From the NCBI GenBank assembly GCA_963729045.1, contig CAVSMN010000021.1, forward strand, positions 1 to 64,000: a DNA stretch of 64,000 nt, read 5' to 3'. The DNA comes from an uncultured Nitrososphaeraceae archaeon. Lineage in GTDB: Archaea > Thermoproteota > Nitrososphaeria > Nitrososphaerales > Nitrososphaeraceae. The notes under the pieces were generated by a model. It was not told where the DNA came from, searched no databases, and saw only the letters and a list, made by a program, of their open reading frames with translations. Below are positions 34,845 through 46,492 of this stretch, piece after piece (the first letter of the stretch is position 1; the number at the start of each line of letters is the position of its first letter). The position numbers were made by a program, and so were the translations under genes.

Positions 34845-36308
34845 ATGGTTAACAAAATAAGGTCCTCTATTAATAGCCGTGGCTTTGTATACACTTTTTC
34901 CATCTCTATGTTTGTTTATGATGATTATGTTTGCATTTGAATCATTCAAATTATAATGCTTTAGCCCAAAATCAATCTTCACCTTTGGCTGGAATGAACT
35001 TTTCAAAGCCTGTAGATGTATATAGTAAAGATGGAGTTTTGAAAACTACACTAGTTGCAGATTACAAGATAGGTCAAGTTGATAACCAGACAATTACTGG
35101 AATGGTCTATAATGGTTCGCTCCGGGGCCCGCTTTCCATGTCTATCCTGGAGATAGAGTTGAAATTGATTTAGTAAACAATCTCAATGAATCTACCAATC
35201 TCCATTTCCATGGAGTTCATGTATCTCCTGGAAATAATTCGGACAATGTATTTCTTGATGTTGCGCCAGGTAAGACACAGCATTATGTTCTCGATATTCC
35301 AAAAGATCACGAACCAGGTACGAATTGGTATCATTCACATTTGCATAAACTTTCTTATGGACAAGTTTCGGCAGGTCTGTCTGGGCTTGTTTATTGTTGA
35401 AGGTTTAGAAAAGTTATTGCCAGAGCCATTACAGAATATCACACAACATACCATTGCCATGAGAGATTTTCCATTTGACAATCTATTCGTTACTACAGAT
35501 GATTTGAGTAATACGATGACAGGCCATGAAAGCCTAACTGTTAACGGTGAAGTCAACCCGACTATCAACATTACATCAGGAGAGACCCAGCTTATGGCGT
35601 CTTGCAAACATCGGTCCTGAGAATGAACTACATATTCCACTGCCTGGCAATACATTCAATGTTATAGCAGAAGATGGAAGCCCAGTTTGGAAGGTGTGGA
35701 ATAATGATACTCTTTTCTTACCTTCTGGAAAACGGTTTGATGTATTGGTGACTGCCAACGGGAGCGGGTCTATTCCATTAGGATCCTGTTAATACCATTT
35801 ACTGCACCATATGATTCACACATTGCGACTGTAAATATACAAGGTAACCAAACCAGATGAAAAACCTGCAGATATCCTTCCAACAAGCTTAATTCCAAAG
35901 AGAGACCTCAAGTAATGCGAACATAACTAATCATAGAGTCCTTAATTTCTCATCAAACGATAGAGATTGGATATACATGATAAATAACACGACCTTTGAT
36001 CCTAACAGAGTAGATATAACAGCGAAGCTTGGAACTGTAGAGGAGTGGAAGTTAGTAAACCTTGATAAAATCTCATCTGGCAATATTCATCCATTTCATA
36101 TCCATGTAAATGATTTTCAGGTAATGTCAGTTAACGGAAAACCATATGACGCTCACGGATACCAAGATACAGTTATTATTCCGACTGAGGAGGTGAAGTG
36201 GTTATTAGGATACCGTTTGATGATTTTGTAGGAAAAACTGTTTATCACTGCCACTTGATGTTCCATGGGGACTTTGGCATGATGGGTATCCTTGAGATCG
36301 TTAAATAG
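34845..36308 (+). CDS. Three-domain multicopper oxidase (multiple frameshifts)
   Basis: TNLHFHG, WYHSH, HPFHIH and HCHLMFHGDFGMM copper motifs spread over different frames. Confidence 0.85.
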
Positions 36309-36335
36309 GTGATGATGTGATTGGAGATTAGTAAA

Positions 36336-36894
36336 ATGTTTAAGACAAATATATCCCAAAAAGGAAAAACAGTGGCTTTGTTCGTTGTACTAGCCTTTGC
36401 CGTAGCCGGACTTACAGCAGTAACCTTTCTTTCAGATCCGTTTGCGTTAGCGCAAAGCCCCGGAATTGACCCAAATGATTGTTTTAGGTCAAACGTTACA
36501 ATAGATACTTGTCCTACAAACCCAAATATCCAAAGCTCAAAATGACACAACGGATTGTTTTAAGAAAATTGAAGAAACCAAGGTAGGGACTGGCGAAATT
36601 CAAAACTACACAAAAACCGTTCAGAACTTTAACTCCTTATACCTACTAACAACAAAATAACAGCAATAAATGAGAATATTGCTGGAGGTAGCGGTCCAGT
36701 AACTGATATGGATGGCGTATGGGATTTAATGAAAAATCAAACTATGACTCGACAAGATAGACAAATGGTATTGGACGAAGTTAATATTCTCTTGGCAGAC
36801 GCCAAACCCGGGTTTACCAAAATACAAAACGGATGAACTAAGTTTGTGTATCACCACTGAACTCAATTCTTTAGGTCCTGCACTTAACTATTAG
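36336..36894 (+). CDS. Secreted Cys-containing hypothetical protein (frameshifted)
   Basis: Signal peptide MFKTNISQKGKTVALFVVLAFAVAG; coding continues in other frames to TAG at 36894. Confidence 0.5.
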
Positions 36895-37169
36895 GCCCAC
36901 CCTTTTTTCTATAGACAAGACAATAGCCTGCAAGATTATCATTTCTTTTCATCTATTATTTTTGTCGCGAACCTCGACACTCAAAGAGACTGACCACTGA
37001 ACCTGAATCCCAACAATCAAGATGTTATAATAGTTCCATGTCATTTTTGCCGCCTAGCCCACTCGATTCGCAATTGTATACTGCGTTCAATATCTTGCCC
37101 AATAAAAATCCGAAGTGGGATATATTTAATACACAAACTCTTAAAACTTTTCAAAAATTTATTATAGAC

Positions 37170-37255
37170 TCGTGTGAAATTTAATACTCGTCCAATCGAA
37201 CCATTATACCATACAGAACTTAATCATTATAAATCAACTCTTCATTTTGGTAACG
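37170..37255 (+). repeat. Dispersed dyad element, class C + D + tail E
   Basis: TCGTGTGAAATT-TAATACT-CGTCCAATCGAA-CCATTATACCATACAGAACTTAATC...TTTTGGTAACG. Confidence 0.85.
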
Positions 37256-37665
37256 ATATCCAATAGAAGTCAAGCCAAAAACCCTATCCTAAATTCTTCC
37301 TTTTCACATACAAGAACAAAGTATACAGTATCACAAATAGTAATCAAGTTAAAGACATCTAATACTCTGATTCCGTAATATTTATGTCCTATTAAGTCAT
37401 ATAATCAACTTTTAGACTCTAACACAGACGTTATAATATTTGAATGAAACATAAGCAAAACTATGTCTCAGGCTACCAACTATCAGTAATTCATGGGCTT
37501 ATCATACGATAAAAAGGATAAATAAAATTCATAGTAATTTTTGTTTTGGGTTTATTATTTGCTAGATAATACACTTATCATATTACTTTGTCTTGGCTAT
37601 TCACAGAAGATGATCATTAAACATGACAAAGAGTTTATCAATAATATCGATGTAGAATTGGAGAA

Positions 37666-37890
37666 ATGAAAACATGTGAAATTTGTGGCGGTACAGTATC
37701 ATCTGGAACTACCACCACTATATGTTCATCTTGTACCAGTATTAAAGAATCTACAACGGCTTCAAGAGGTTCTCTTGAAGATCATATATGTGGTTGTATC
37801 AATACAGACAGAAGAAATTGCCCATGGTGCAAGAAACCATGCCATCATGATACATCCTTGAACCCTAAGATATTAATTTCACCAATGTGA
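37666..37890 (+). CDS. Small Cys/His-rich zinc-binding protein
   Basis: CEICG..CSSC..HICGC..CPWCKKPCHH. Confidence 0.75.
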   Translation: MKTCEICGGTVSSGTTTTICSSCTSIKESTTASRGSLEDHICGCINTDRRNCPWCKKPCHHDTSLNPKILISPM

Positions 37891-38079
37891 TATCTAGCCC
37901 ACAACTACTTCAGTCCTAATAAGAAATGGTGTTAAACTAGAAAATACCTGCATAATTCTTAAGGATTGGATTTGAGATGTATTAGGTATGGTCATCGTTC
38001 AAAAACATTTACCTTTACCTTCATTCTAATACGACCTCAACGAATCCTCAGTATGTACTTTATCTATTTTTCCTTAATA

Positions 38080-38130
38080 GTTGAAATGCAAGCAAATTTG
38101 GGGTTGTTCCCACCGAAACAGCTTACTAAC
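38080..38130 (+). repeat. Dispersed dyad element, B-like left arm with variant spacer
   Basis: TGCAAGCAAATT-TGGGGTT-GTTCCCACCGAA-acaGCTTACTAAC. Confidence 0.6.
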
Positions 38131-38267
38131 ATGGTCTCATGGTAAGAATGCTTTCATGAATTATTCAACCAATAATATAATGAAATGATATCCAGAAAAA
38201 CGCAATTGATTGCAATTGATTACAACAAAAACGTGGACATTATTAGTCCAGATTTTCAATCATTCTT

Positions 38268-38612
38268 ATGAATTTTCAAAACATCAATTCACAACAATAT
38301 ACTGATCAAATGTCGAAACTAACATCGATATTTTCAATTCTTTTTGTTTCCATGTTTATTATGACAATCATTTTGACAGATGATAAAGGGGGCGTAAATG
38401 AGAAATCAATACCAAGACCGCAATTACCAACTTCTGAATCATCATCGACAATCGGAGATGATTTCGAATTAAAAGATCTTACAATCCCGTCACATAAATA
38501 TTTGGATGAATCTAAAATCACAAAGCAGTCAGGAACGAGTTATTTCATATCAAACTATATCAATGCGTGGAAACTAAGTAAAGCAAATTCGGCAATGCAA
38601 ATGATTGTATAA
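38268..38612 (+). CDS. Hypothetical membrane-anchored protein
   Basis: ORF with one TM segment; no recognised motif. Confidence 0.4.
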   Translation: MNFQNINSQQYTDQMSKLTSIFSILFVSMFIMTIILTDDKGGVNEKSIPRPQLPTSESSSTIGDDFELKDLTIPSHKYLDESKITKQSGTSYFISNYINAWKLSKANSAMQMIV

Positions 38613-38687
38613 AATGAATAATACGTCTCTTTCAATAGTAGTTATACACATCATGGCGGTACAAACTAGGTAACCATAGTCATCAAA

Positions 38688-38730
38688 CCGATGTTATATC
38701 CTAATGATTTTAACCGAACCCGCCTATTAT
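38688..38730 (+). repeat. Dispersed dyad element, class A (degenerate)
   Basis: CCGATGTTATAT-CCTAATG-ATTTTAACCGAA-CCCGC. Confidence 0.75.
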
Positions 38731-38783
38731 ACGGGTTATTCTTTAATATATTCGTCATAAAAATATGGATCTTTATGATTTTC

Positions 38784-38970
38784 AGCTCTATTCACTTCAG
38801 CATTTCTAACTCCTTGCTATGATGGTGGATAAATAGTTTCAGCAAATTCTTTGAATGATTAAGTTTGCAGTTTTTCAACCCATAAGGATAGTAGTCATCA
38901 AAACTCTCGGTTTTGTCCTTGATATACTGCATCGTCCTTTCGAGAATGCTTTTCTCGTAAGAGGCATGAT
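38784..38970 (-). mobile_element. IS6-like transposase C-terminal remnant and right inverted repeat
   Basis: HASYEKSILERTMQYIKDKTESFDDYYP..NCKLNH; end AGCTCTATTCACTT at 38784-38797. Confidence 0.7.
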
Positions 38971-39829
38971 TGTGATTGGATATTTGATATTTATATGTTT
39001 TAGTTGTCATCATTTCCATGATAATGAAAACAAATGAATAGTGCTATGAAAATGAATGCATCTATAACTAATAGGGAAGAATAGTAACAGTATAATATAC
39101 CTAACTACAATTTTCAATGGATATATGATTTGATAATCCATACATCATAAATTTACTTAGTTCATAGTCTCTAGTCTCAAAGGTAATGGTTACCATGAAG
39201 CTTATCATCGATTAAGATTATTATATATCATCTAATTTGACAAAGAAATAATCAGAACAAGAACATATCAAAATTATCAGGATTTGATGATACAATATCT
39301 ATTTTTTCTAATCAAAGTCGTTCACTTCCTTTAAATCCGTACATAGAGGTTATTTAACCTTAAATATTCTGATAGACTCTCTAAAGTTCAAAGGATCTAG
39401 TAATTAAACTGAATAGAACGGATTTTGAATCTGTATTATCCGATGTGACATCCAAAGCGTTTACCCGTAAAATATACTTAGACCACTTTATCATATTTCG
39501 TCAACGGTATTTGCTTTTTGTGTTAACGCTGATGGTTTTAACAATAGACCTCACAGATCTTGTCTTAAACCTCAAAGAACCTAGCTAACTGAAAAGTTAT
39601 ATGAATTGATTCTCCAATGAGAAAGTTACATTCTTAGTTTCTTTATGCTCCCTCTTTTATGGGTGTCTTATCACAAGGTATTCAATTATAAAAAATCGAC
39701 ATTATCACAAGAAATTAATTCATACAAGAAGGATGAATCGGTTTGCACTTACAATATTGTTTGTTTATCCACAAAAGTTTGCTAGACCTTTATCTTTATG
39801 AACAAAGAAAAATAAAGTATTTTTAACAT

Positions 39830-40643
39830 CTAGTTGAGCAGATAGGTTATCTGCACACTGACAGAAACCTCTTGTTGTCCTGGAATTATAGGAGTTGAGG
39901 AAGCTCCAGAAGCAAATGATCTTTGCATAAATTGATCGCTAAAAGGCATGGGGTTGAATCCATCTGTATTAACTGATATTGATTTGATACCTACGATTGT
40001 AGACCCTATTGCCGATGAGGCTATATCTGCATTTTGTTTGGCGTTGCTAATAGCTTGTTGTATTAGTGTATTTTTGACCTTGTCTAACGATTTGTCAGAA
40101 ACTTTAAAATCCACCCCATTAATGGTATTGGCTCCTGCAGTTACAGCAGAATCAATCCATGATGAAATATTATCAAAGTTCGGACTTTGAACTGTCACGA
40201 TGTTAGACACTGTGAACCCAGTTTTTACCATATTTCCTGTTTCTGTAAAATTGAAATTAGGTTGAATACTATATTGAGAAGTACTGATCTCATTTTCTTT
40301 GACGCCATTATCTCTTAAACTAGCGATTATTTCGTTTGCTATTTTCGAGTTTGATGTTACTGCATCAGTGACAGATTCATTTGTAGATTGTACATCCAAT
40401 CGAGATAGTTACCAAATCGGTATTTACTTTGTCCGTTGCAGAACCTGACACAAATAAAGTATTATTGAGAGATGCTGTTTGAGTTTTATTGACTTGGTTA
40501 GAATCCGTGACTTGGGCAAATACCTCAATAGGCTCCATGTACATAACAATAAGAGATACAAATCCCAATCCCAATCCCAAAAATAATAAGATTGTAAGAT
40601 TACTCATATTTCGTTTCAAATTTTTTTCATAATAATTTGACAT
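39830..40643 (-). CDS. SIMPL (DUF541) domain protein (frameshift at ~40395)
   Basis: VSGSA..KV..D...IS / V.S...A...N......L...GV...I.T..YSI.P; D.AV.AGAN.ING.F; A..NAK..A; PG.QEV..SV.ITY. Confidence 0.9.
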
Positions 40644-40696
40644 CGATTTATTAGAACCTACTCCAATATATAAGAAGACCCTATTTTTTAAGGCTA

Positions 40697-40968
40697 GACG
40701 AGTCTATAATGAATTCTGAAATCTTCTTTTTATTGATAAATTTTCTTGTGGGTTGTGCTTTTGAATCAACTTTCAACTCGCGCCGTGGCGCTTCTTTTGA
40801 CTTTGTTTAAGAATGACATTGTTTTGACAACGTTTCTAGTCGACAAACCAGGATAGAACAAATGAAGACTAAATTCCAAATCTAATAGAAATGTCTTGCT
40901 TCTTTTAAAAATCATACTAGAGATTGAGCCATTTCAAGGAATAGTTTTGTCGTTAAATTATTAGAGCC
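40697..40968 (-). mobile_element. IS6-like transposase N-terminal remnant and left inverted repeat
   Basis: From ATG 40915: MIFKRSKT...LHLFYPGLSTRNVVKTMSFLNKVKRS.../KKISEFIID; minus-strand end GGCTCTAATAATTT at 40968. Confidence 0.65.
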
Positions 40969-41028
40969 ACTAAACACATCATATTAAATTATTTGTTTTC
41001 AAAAAACTGGACCTGGCTTAGGCTTTGT

Positions 41029-41310
41029 CTAAAATTTACTTTTAGATCCAATGCTTTCTACATTCGTGTTATCAGTAAAGAAATCTGAAGAATTACTAGT
41101 ATCCTTAAGTAAATCATCTTTGTCGTTATTAGTAAAGTCACTAGATCCTAAGTTATCAGGAGTAAGGTTCTTAAACAAGTTGTATATCTCCTTAGGAGTA
41201 ATCATGTAATATACTTTTGAGTCGTTTATATTCACATCAACAGCAGCTCCCAGATGCATTATAAACATTGAATAAATGATGAGAGATTTTATCAAATTTG
41301 TCTTAATCAA
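41029..41310 (-). CDS. Hypothetical protein
   Basis: ORF with hydrophobic N-terminus and acidic tail; no motif. Confidence 0.3.
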   Translation of the reverse strand: MIKTNLIKSLIIYSMFIMHLGAAVDVNINDSKVYYMITPKEIYNLFKNLTPDNLGSSDFTNNDKDDLLKDTSNSSDFFTDNTNVESIGSKSKF

Positions 41311-41659
41311 CTGGAGTATAACTTATGTATGTCAAAGGATAAAAGGTTATCTTGAGTTTTTGCATTAACATTAATACTATTGTCTCTAGAAGCCATTATT
41401 CCTGCAATAACATACTAGACAAAAGCCGGGAATGCGACGAACTGATTATCCACGAATACGAGGATCAAATTAGGAGCCCCAAGAAAAGTATACCAATACT
41501 GTTTCAGACTCAAAGTATCAATATCAATCCTCTACAAGTTCATCCTACGATGACGTCGGATCCCCATCAGGACATATTTTCTAAGATACAACCTTCAAGT
41601 AACTAGAAATAACATGAAAGTTATAAAAGTAGCCATTTCCTTATTGCAATGTTGAAAGA

Positions 41660-43117
41660 TTGAATACAACAAGTCACTTTCAAAGGGCATTGATATTTCA
41701 GGGAGGCGGATCTTTAGGAGCTTATGAGGCTGGCGTTTACAAGGCTACTTATGAATTGCTTTCTGAGAGGGATGTAAAACTGGGTAGGAAAGGAAAACCG
41801 ATATTTCATATTGTAGCTGGTACCTCTATAGGCGCAATGAATGCAGCCGTACTAGTCAGTTATGTAAAAGAGAACAAGAGCTGGCAAGGATCTGCGGATC
41901 GGCTGATTGAATTCTGGGAATATATGGCGACGGAATCCTTTATGGATGCAATTCCAAGTTTTAATGAATGGTGGAATTATTGGCAATATTTTAATAAAGA
42001 TTTGGCATCAAGCGAATCAGCGAGAAGATATTATGACACTAAACAATTCATGCTTAGAGGAGTACCAAATGTATTTACCCTTTCCAAAATGTTGGAAGAT
42101 AGGAGGTTTTTGGATCCTGTTAATACTCAGTATCTTTATAGTAACGAACCGCTCAGAAAGAGTCTTGAGAAATTTGCAAAGTTTCCGATAGCGACCAGTT
42201 ACCAAAATAACGAACCTCGGCTACTTTTGGTGAGCGTCGACGTACAGGAAGGAAGCACTGTAGTATTTGATAGTTACGAAAAGGAGGATGGCACTCGGAA
42301 AACTGAATATGGTCGTTACGGTCCTGAATATGTAAGGGGACCCAATGACCACGGAGGATTTGAGTTTGTAATAAGTCATAATGACGGGATAGAAGTTGAC
42401 TTTGTTCTTGCAAGTGGTTCAGTACCAGTTAACTACGAATATACCAAATTACAGGTCGAAGATACCAATGGTAGTAATCGAATTAAAAGTGGAATCGAAC
42501 AGCAGAAAGAAGAGGTAAATAGTCCTACTACCAAGAAAGTTCGGTATTTTTGGGATGGTGGCATTATAGCAAATACTCCACTTAGAGAGGCCGTTATTGA
42601 ACACCGCAGGTATTGGGCTTCCGTTAGAAAATCTGAAGTACCTCCTCTACGCGTTTTCATAGTTAATGTACATCCAATTAAACAAGACTCCTTACCTACT
42701 GATCATGACTCTCTCGTGGACAGAAAAAATGACTTGACGTATCATGATAGGACCTTATTTGATGAAAGGATGGCGTTACTGATGACCGATTATGTTAACA
42801 TCGCTAATAGCCTCATTAAGCTAGCCGAAGATAACAACGTTAAAAGGTCTTTAATAGATGACATTCTAAAGCGGCAGGCCGATACGAGAAATTTTAGCAC
42901 TGGGAAGCACTTAAAATACGCGGATCTGGTTGAACATATGGTTTCTGTAGAACAGGTAATTAGAATAGAACGCAAGAACGACACACATACGATATCGAAT
43001 AAAACTTTTGATTTCTCAAGCACCACAGTTAGAAATCTAATAAGAGACGGTTATAAAGAAACATTAGAGCAGGAAGCTAAAATACTACAAGTGTGGGACT
43101 CGGAGCACCCAAGATAA
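41660..43117 (+). CDS. Patatin-like phospholipase
   Basis: GGGSLG, GTSIG (catalytic Ser) and WDGG (catalytic Asp). Confidence 0.92.
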   Translation: MNTTSHFQRALIFQGGGSLGAYEAGVYKATYELLSERDVKLGRKGKPIFHIVAGTSIGAMNAAVLVSYVKENKSWQGSADRLIEFWEYMATESFMDAIPSFNEWWNYWQYFNKDLASSESARRYYDTKQFMLRGVPNVFTLSKMLEDRRFLDPVNTQYLYSNEPLRKSLEKFAKFPIATSYQNNEPRLLLVSVDVQEGSTVVFDSYEKEDGTRKTEYGRYGPEYVRGPNDHGGFEFVISHNDGIEVDFVLASGSVPVNYEYTKLQVEDTNGSNRIKSGIEQQKEEVNSPTTKKVRYFWDGGIIANTPLREAVIEHRRYWASVRKSEVPPLRVFIVNVHPIKQDSLPTDHDSLVDRKNDLTYHDRTLFDERMALLMTDYVNIANSLIKLAEDNNVKRSLIDDILKRQADTRNFSTGKHLKYADLVEHMVSVEQVIRIERKNDTHTISNKTFDFSSTTVRNLIRDGYKETLEQEAKILQVWDSEHPR

Positions 43118-43214
43118 TATAATATTAACAGTTCCGTATCTATTACGATTATAACGCAATAATTTTTCCAGTTAATCTCTTATTCTTAATTGCTCTTTCC
43201 ATTTCTTAATTTCA

Positions 43215-44685
43215 TTAAGATATCTCTGGCAAGAGCAAAGGGTATAGGTAGATTGTAAATACCGAAATCATAATGATTCCAACAATGGTGAGTACCAATT
43301 CCATTCTTGATCATCTCTTTGACCTGTATTTTGCCTTGTTCATAAACTAGTGCATTAGGAGGAGTCCCCATTGGTAGGAGGAATGCGAGGGAACTAGATA
43401 ATGTGATAGCAGCAAGAAACGGTAATGGGGGCCATTGATTTAATGCAGCCATGCTTGCAACAACGGGTATGAATATAGCTGCCGTTGCTGTATTTGACAT
43501 AGTATTACCTATAATCATTGTTATAGAAACAATAACAATTACTATTACTGGGAAGGGCAGAATACTTAATACTGATAATTTGGTCCCCAGATAGTCAGCA
43601 AGGCCAGATGTTGTAAACGCTAATGACAGGGAAATTCCTGCACCCAGGATAAATAAAACGCCAAGTGGGACTTTTTGCACATCTGACCAGTTCAGAAATT
43701 TTTCAGTTCTATTTTTTGGTATCACAAATAATGATACACCCCCAAAAATTGCAATAACTGCAGTTTCAAGATATGAATCATCACCAGCCCAATATGGAGC
43801 CGCGAACATTAAGATTAAGACTGATAGCAAAATTATTAATGAGGCCTTTTGCTCCCTTGTGATTTTTCCTAATCTTTCTTTTTCAGCGATAATTATCTTC
43901 TTAATGAGGGATTCATCCATTTGCTCCTTTCTTACTTGAGCTGTGAAATATAGGATAGATATCATCAACATTGTAATTGCCAGTGGAGCAGCTACCGAAG
44001 TCCAAGTACCAAATGTGATAGTTTTGCCGAATAACTCGTTTACAATTTCTGCATAGATTAGATTAGGAGGGGATGCAATAAGGGTTGTAATACTCCCAAT
44101 TGAAGAGGAGAATGCAACCCCAAGTAAAAGGCTAACTTTAAACTTTCTACTAAATTTAATACCGTTATCAGATAACAGGGATAGAGTGGCGAAAACCATT
44201 GGAATAATCAAAATAGCTACTGTAGTGCTCATAATAACCGTGGAAATTAAAGCCGTACAAATCATAAAACCAAGTATTATTCTCTTGGGTGAATATCCGA
44301 AAATGTTAATGATTCCTAACGCAATTTTTCGTTGTAAACCGGATTTCTCAACTGCGAGAACGACCAGAAACATCCCCAATAGAAGAATAATTATTGGGCT
44401 CATGTATTCTGCTCCTACGACTCGTAGTGGTAAGACTCCTGTTATAGGAAACAGAGCTAGAGGTAATAGAGCAGTTGCATAGATACTAACAGCTTCGGTG
44501 ACCCACCACACGACAAGCCAAAGTGTTATGCCAGCAACTAGTTTACCTTGATCTGGTAAACCTTCTGGGGCAGGAATAACAAGAAGGATGAAAAACAAAA
44601 CTGGACCTAAAATGAGTCCAATTATCTTAGTCTTGCTTACTTTTGCAGATGGGGAGGAAAGGCTGTTCTGCATCCATGCTAGCAT
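43215..44685 (-). CDS. SLC13/DASS sodium:dicarboxylate-sulfate symporter (frameshift near 3' end)
   Basis: WWVTEAV, MSNTATAAIFIP, AFLLPMGTPPNA; the last TM helix is restored by a frameshift near 43290. Confidence 0.9.
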
Positions 44686-44848
44686 TATTTGACAGTAATA
44701 TAAGTGAATAATGTGTATCAGAAACAAACAATGGCAAAGACCAAACTGACTCGCTTAATAGCTGGAGTTAGTGAAAGAAACATAATGCAAATGAATATTT
44801 GGATTGTGATAGATATTTAGCCTGAAATTTTCAAAGCCACAACTTCCA

Positions 44849-45082
44849 GACGATTCTACCGATGACAGTTTTGAGGATATAAGCAGAGTCGTGAATACAA
44901 ATAGTCCATCTTCAGTATCGTATTATTCATCTTTATTCGAAGGTTTTTGGGAACAGGCAAAACTCTACGAAAGGACAAAAGAAGAACTGGACACCACCAA
45001 AGACGAATTGACAAAGATGAAGGACTATATATAGACAATTGCAAAAGAACTCTCGATTATGTCAGAAGATAGAATGGGTTAA
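44849..45082 (+). pseudogene. Remnant of a sensor/coiled-coil region of archaeal histidine kinase type
   Basis: DDSTDDSFED...NSPSSVSYYSSLFEGFWEQAKLYERTKEEL..; internal stop, no start. Confidence 0.5.
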
Positions 45083-45238
45083 TTTTAATAGGAAATAAGA
45101 TAAATTTTGTTATCAATTTGGCTTCAGTTGAATATGATTGTTCCTCTATTTGAATTTCACAGAATGGACAACAGACTATATCTTAATTATGAAGTTTTGG
45201 ATATGAGAACATGGTAGCAATAGATATTTTTTTATTGA

Positions 45239-46100
45239 ATGAAGTCACCAAAATTGGCAATGAGGTTCGAGTTTCCCAAAGGCGTAGCCGTGGATGCTTC
45301 AGGTTATGTGTACGTAGCTGACGATGCGAATCATCGTATTCAGAAATCTGATAGCAATGGAAATTTTAGAAAAGAATGGGGAGAAGAAGGCTCTGACAAA
45401 GGAGAGTTCAAGTTTCCCAAAGGCGTAGCCGTGGATACATTCAGGCTATTTGTACGTAGCTGATGATGGCAACTGCCGTGTCCAAAAGTTTGACAGCAAT
45501 GGCAACTTCATTGGTGAATGGGGACGCAAAGGCTCTGACAAAGGAGAGTTCAAGTTTCCCAAAGGCGTAGCCGTGGATACATCTGGCTATGTGTATGTAA
45601 CTGACGACGAAAATCATCGTGTTCAAAAGTTTGACAGCAATGGCAACTTCATTACAACGTGGGGTTCAGAGGGTTCGAGAGATGGTCAACTTAAGCATCC
45701 TTATGGGATTCGAGTTGACTCCAATGGCTATGTGTACGTAGCTGACGATGCGAATCATCGTGTTCAAAAGTTTGACAGCAATGGCAACTTCATTGGTGAA
45801 TGGGGACGCAAAGGCTCTGACAAAGGAGAGTTCAAGTTTCCCAAAGGCGTAGCCGTGGATACTTCAGGCTATTTGTACGTAGCTGATGATGGCAACTGCC
45901 GTGTTCAAAAGTTTGACAGCAATGGCAACTTCATTGGTGAATGGGGACGCAAAGGCTCTGACAAAGGAGAGTTCAAGTTTCCCAAAGGCGTAGCCGTGGA
46001 TACATCTGGCTATGTGTATGTAACTGACGACGAAAATCATCGTGTTCAAAAGTTTGACAGCAATGGCAACTTCATTGGTGAATGGGGAAGACGCGATTGA
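45239..46100 (+). CDS. NHL-repeat beta-propeller protein (frameshift at ~45440)
   Basis: Six 47-aa repeats F.FPKGVAVD.SG.VYV.D..N.RVQKFDSNGNFI..WG; near-identical DNA blocks offset by 423 nt. Confidence 0.9.
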
Positions 46101-46454
46101 CAATGTGATTTAATCATAATCACAAAAAATAAAATATGTCTAAAACAAAAATTATCATTTAACTATAAGTCTAGAATGTTAAAATCCTAAACGTAACCTC
46201 CGGACCCGTTACCTGTCCTGATCCATTTTATAGTTTTTATTTATATTTTCTTGATATTGGATTCTAAATATACCAAAGTATTGCAGTAAGGTTATTGAAC
46301 CCCTTTACCTACACAACTCTAATCCATTTGTGGCCAGTCCAATAATAGTAAAACATTTATCATCATTAGCAAAACAATAAGGAACTGCTTAATTTAAAAG
46401 TAAATTAATTGACTATAATTTGGTCACATAGTTTTTCATTTATGTAAATTGGTT

Positions 46455-46492
46455 AAATTGAGTCAAATTTGTTTCACATATCCGAACCCGCA
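46455..46492 (+). repeat. Dispersed dyad element, class B (2-nt deletion in right arm)
   Basis: TTGAGTCAAATT-TGTTTCA-CATATCCGAA-CCCGCA. Confidence 0.8.
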
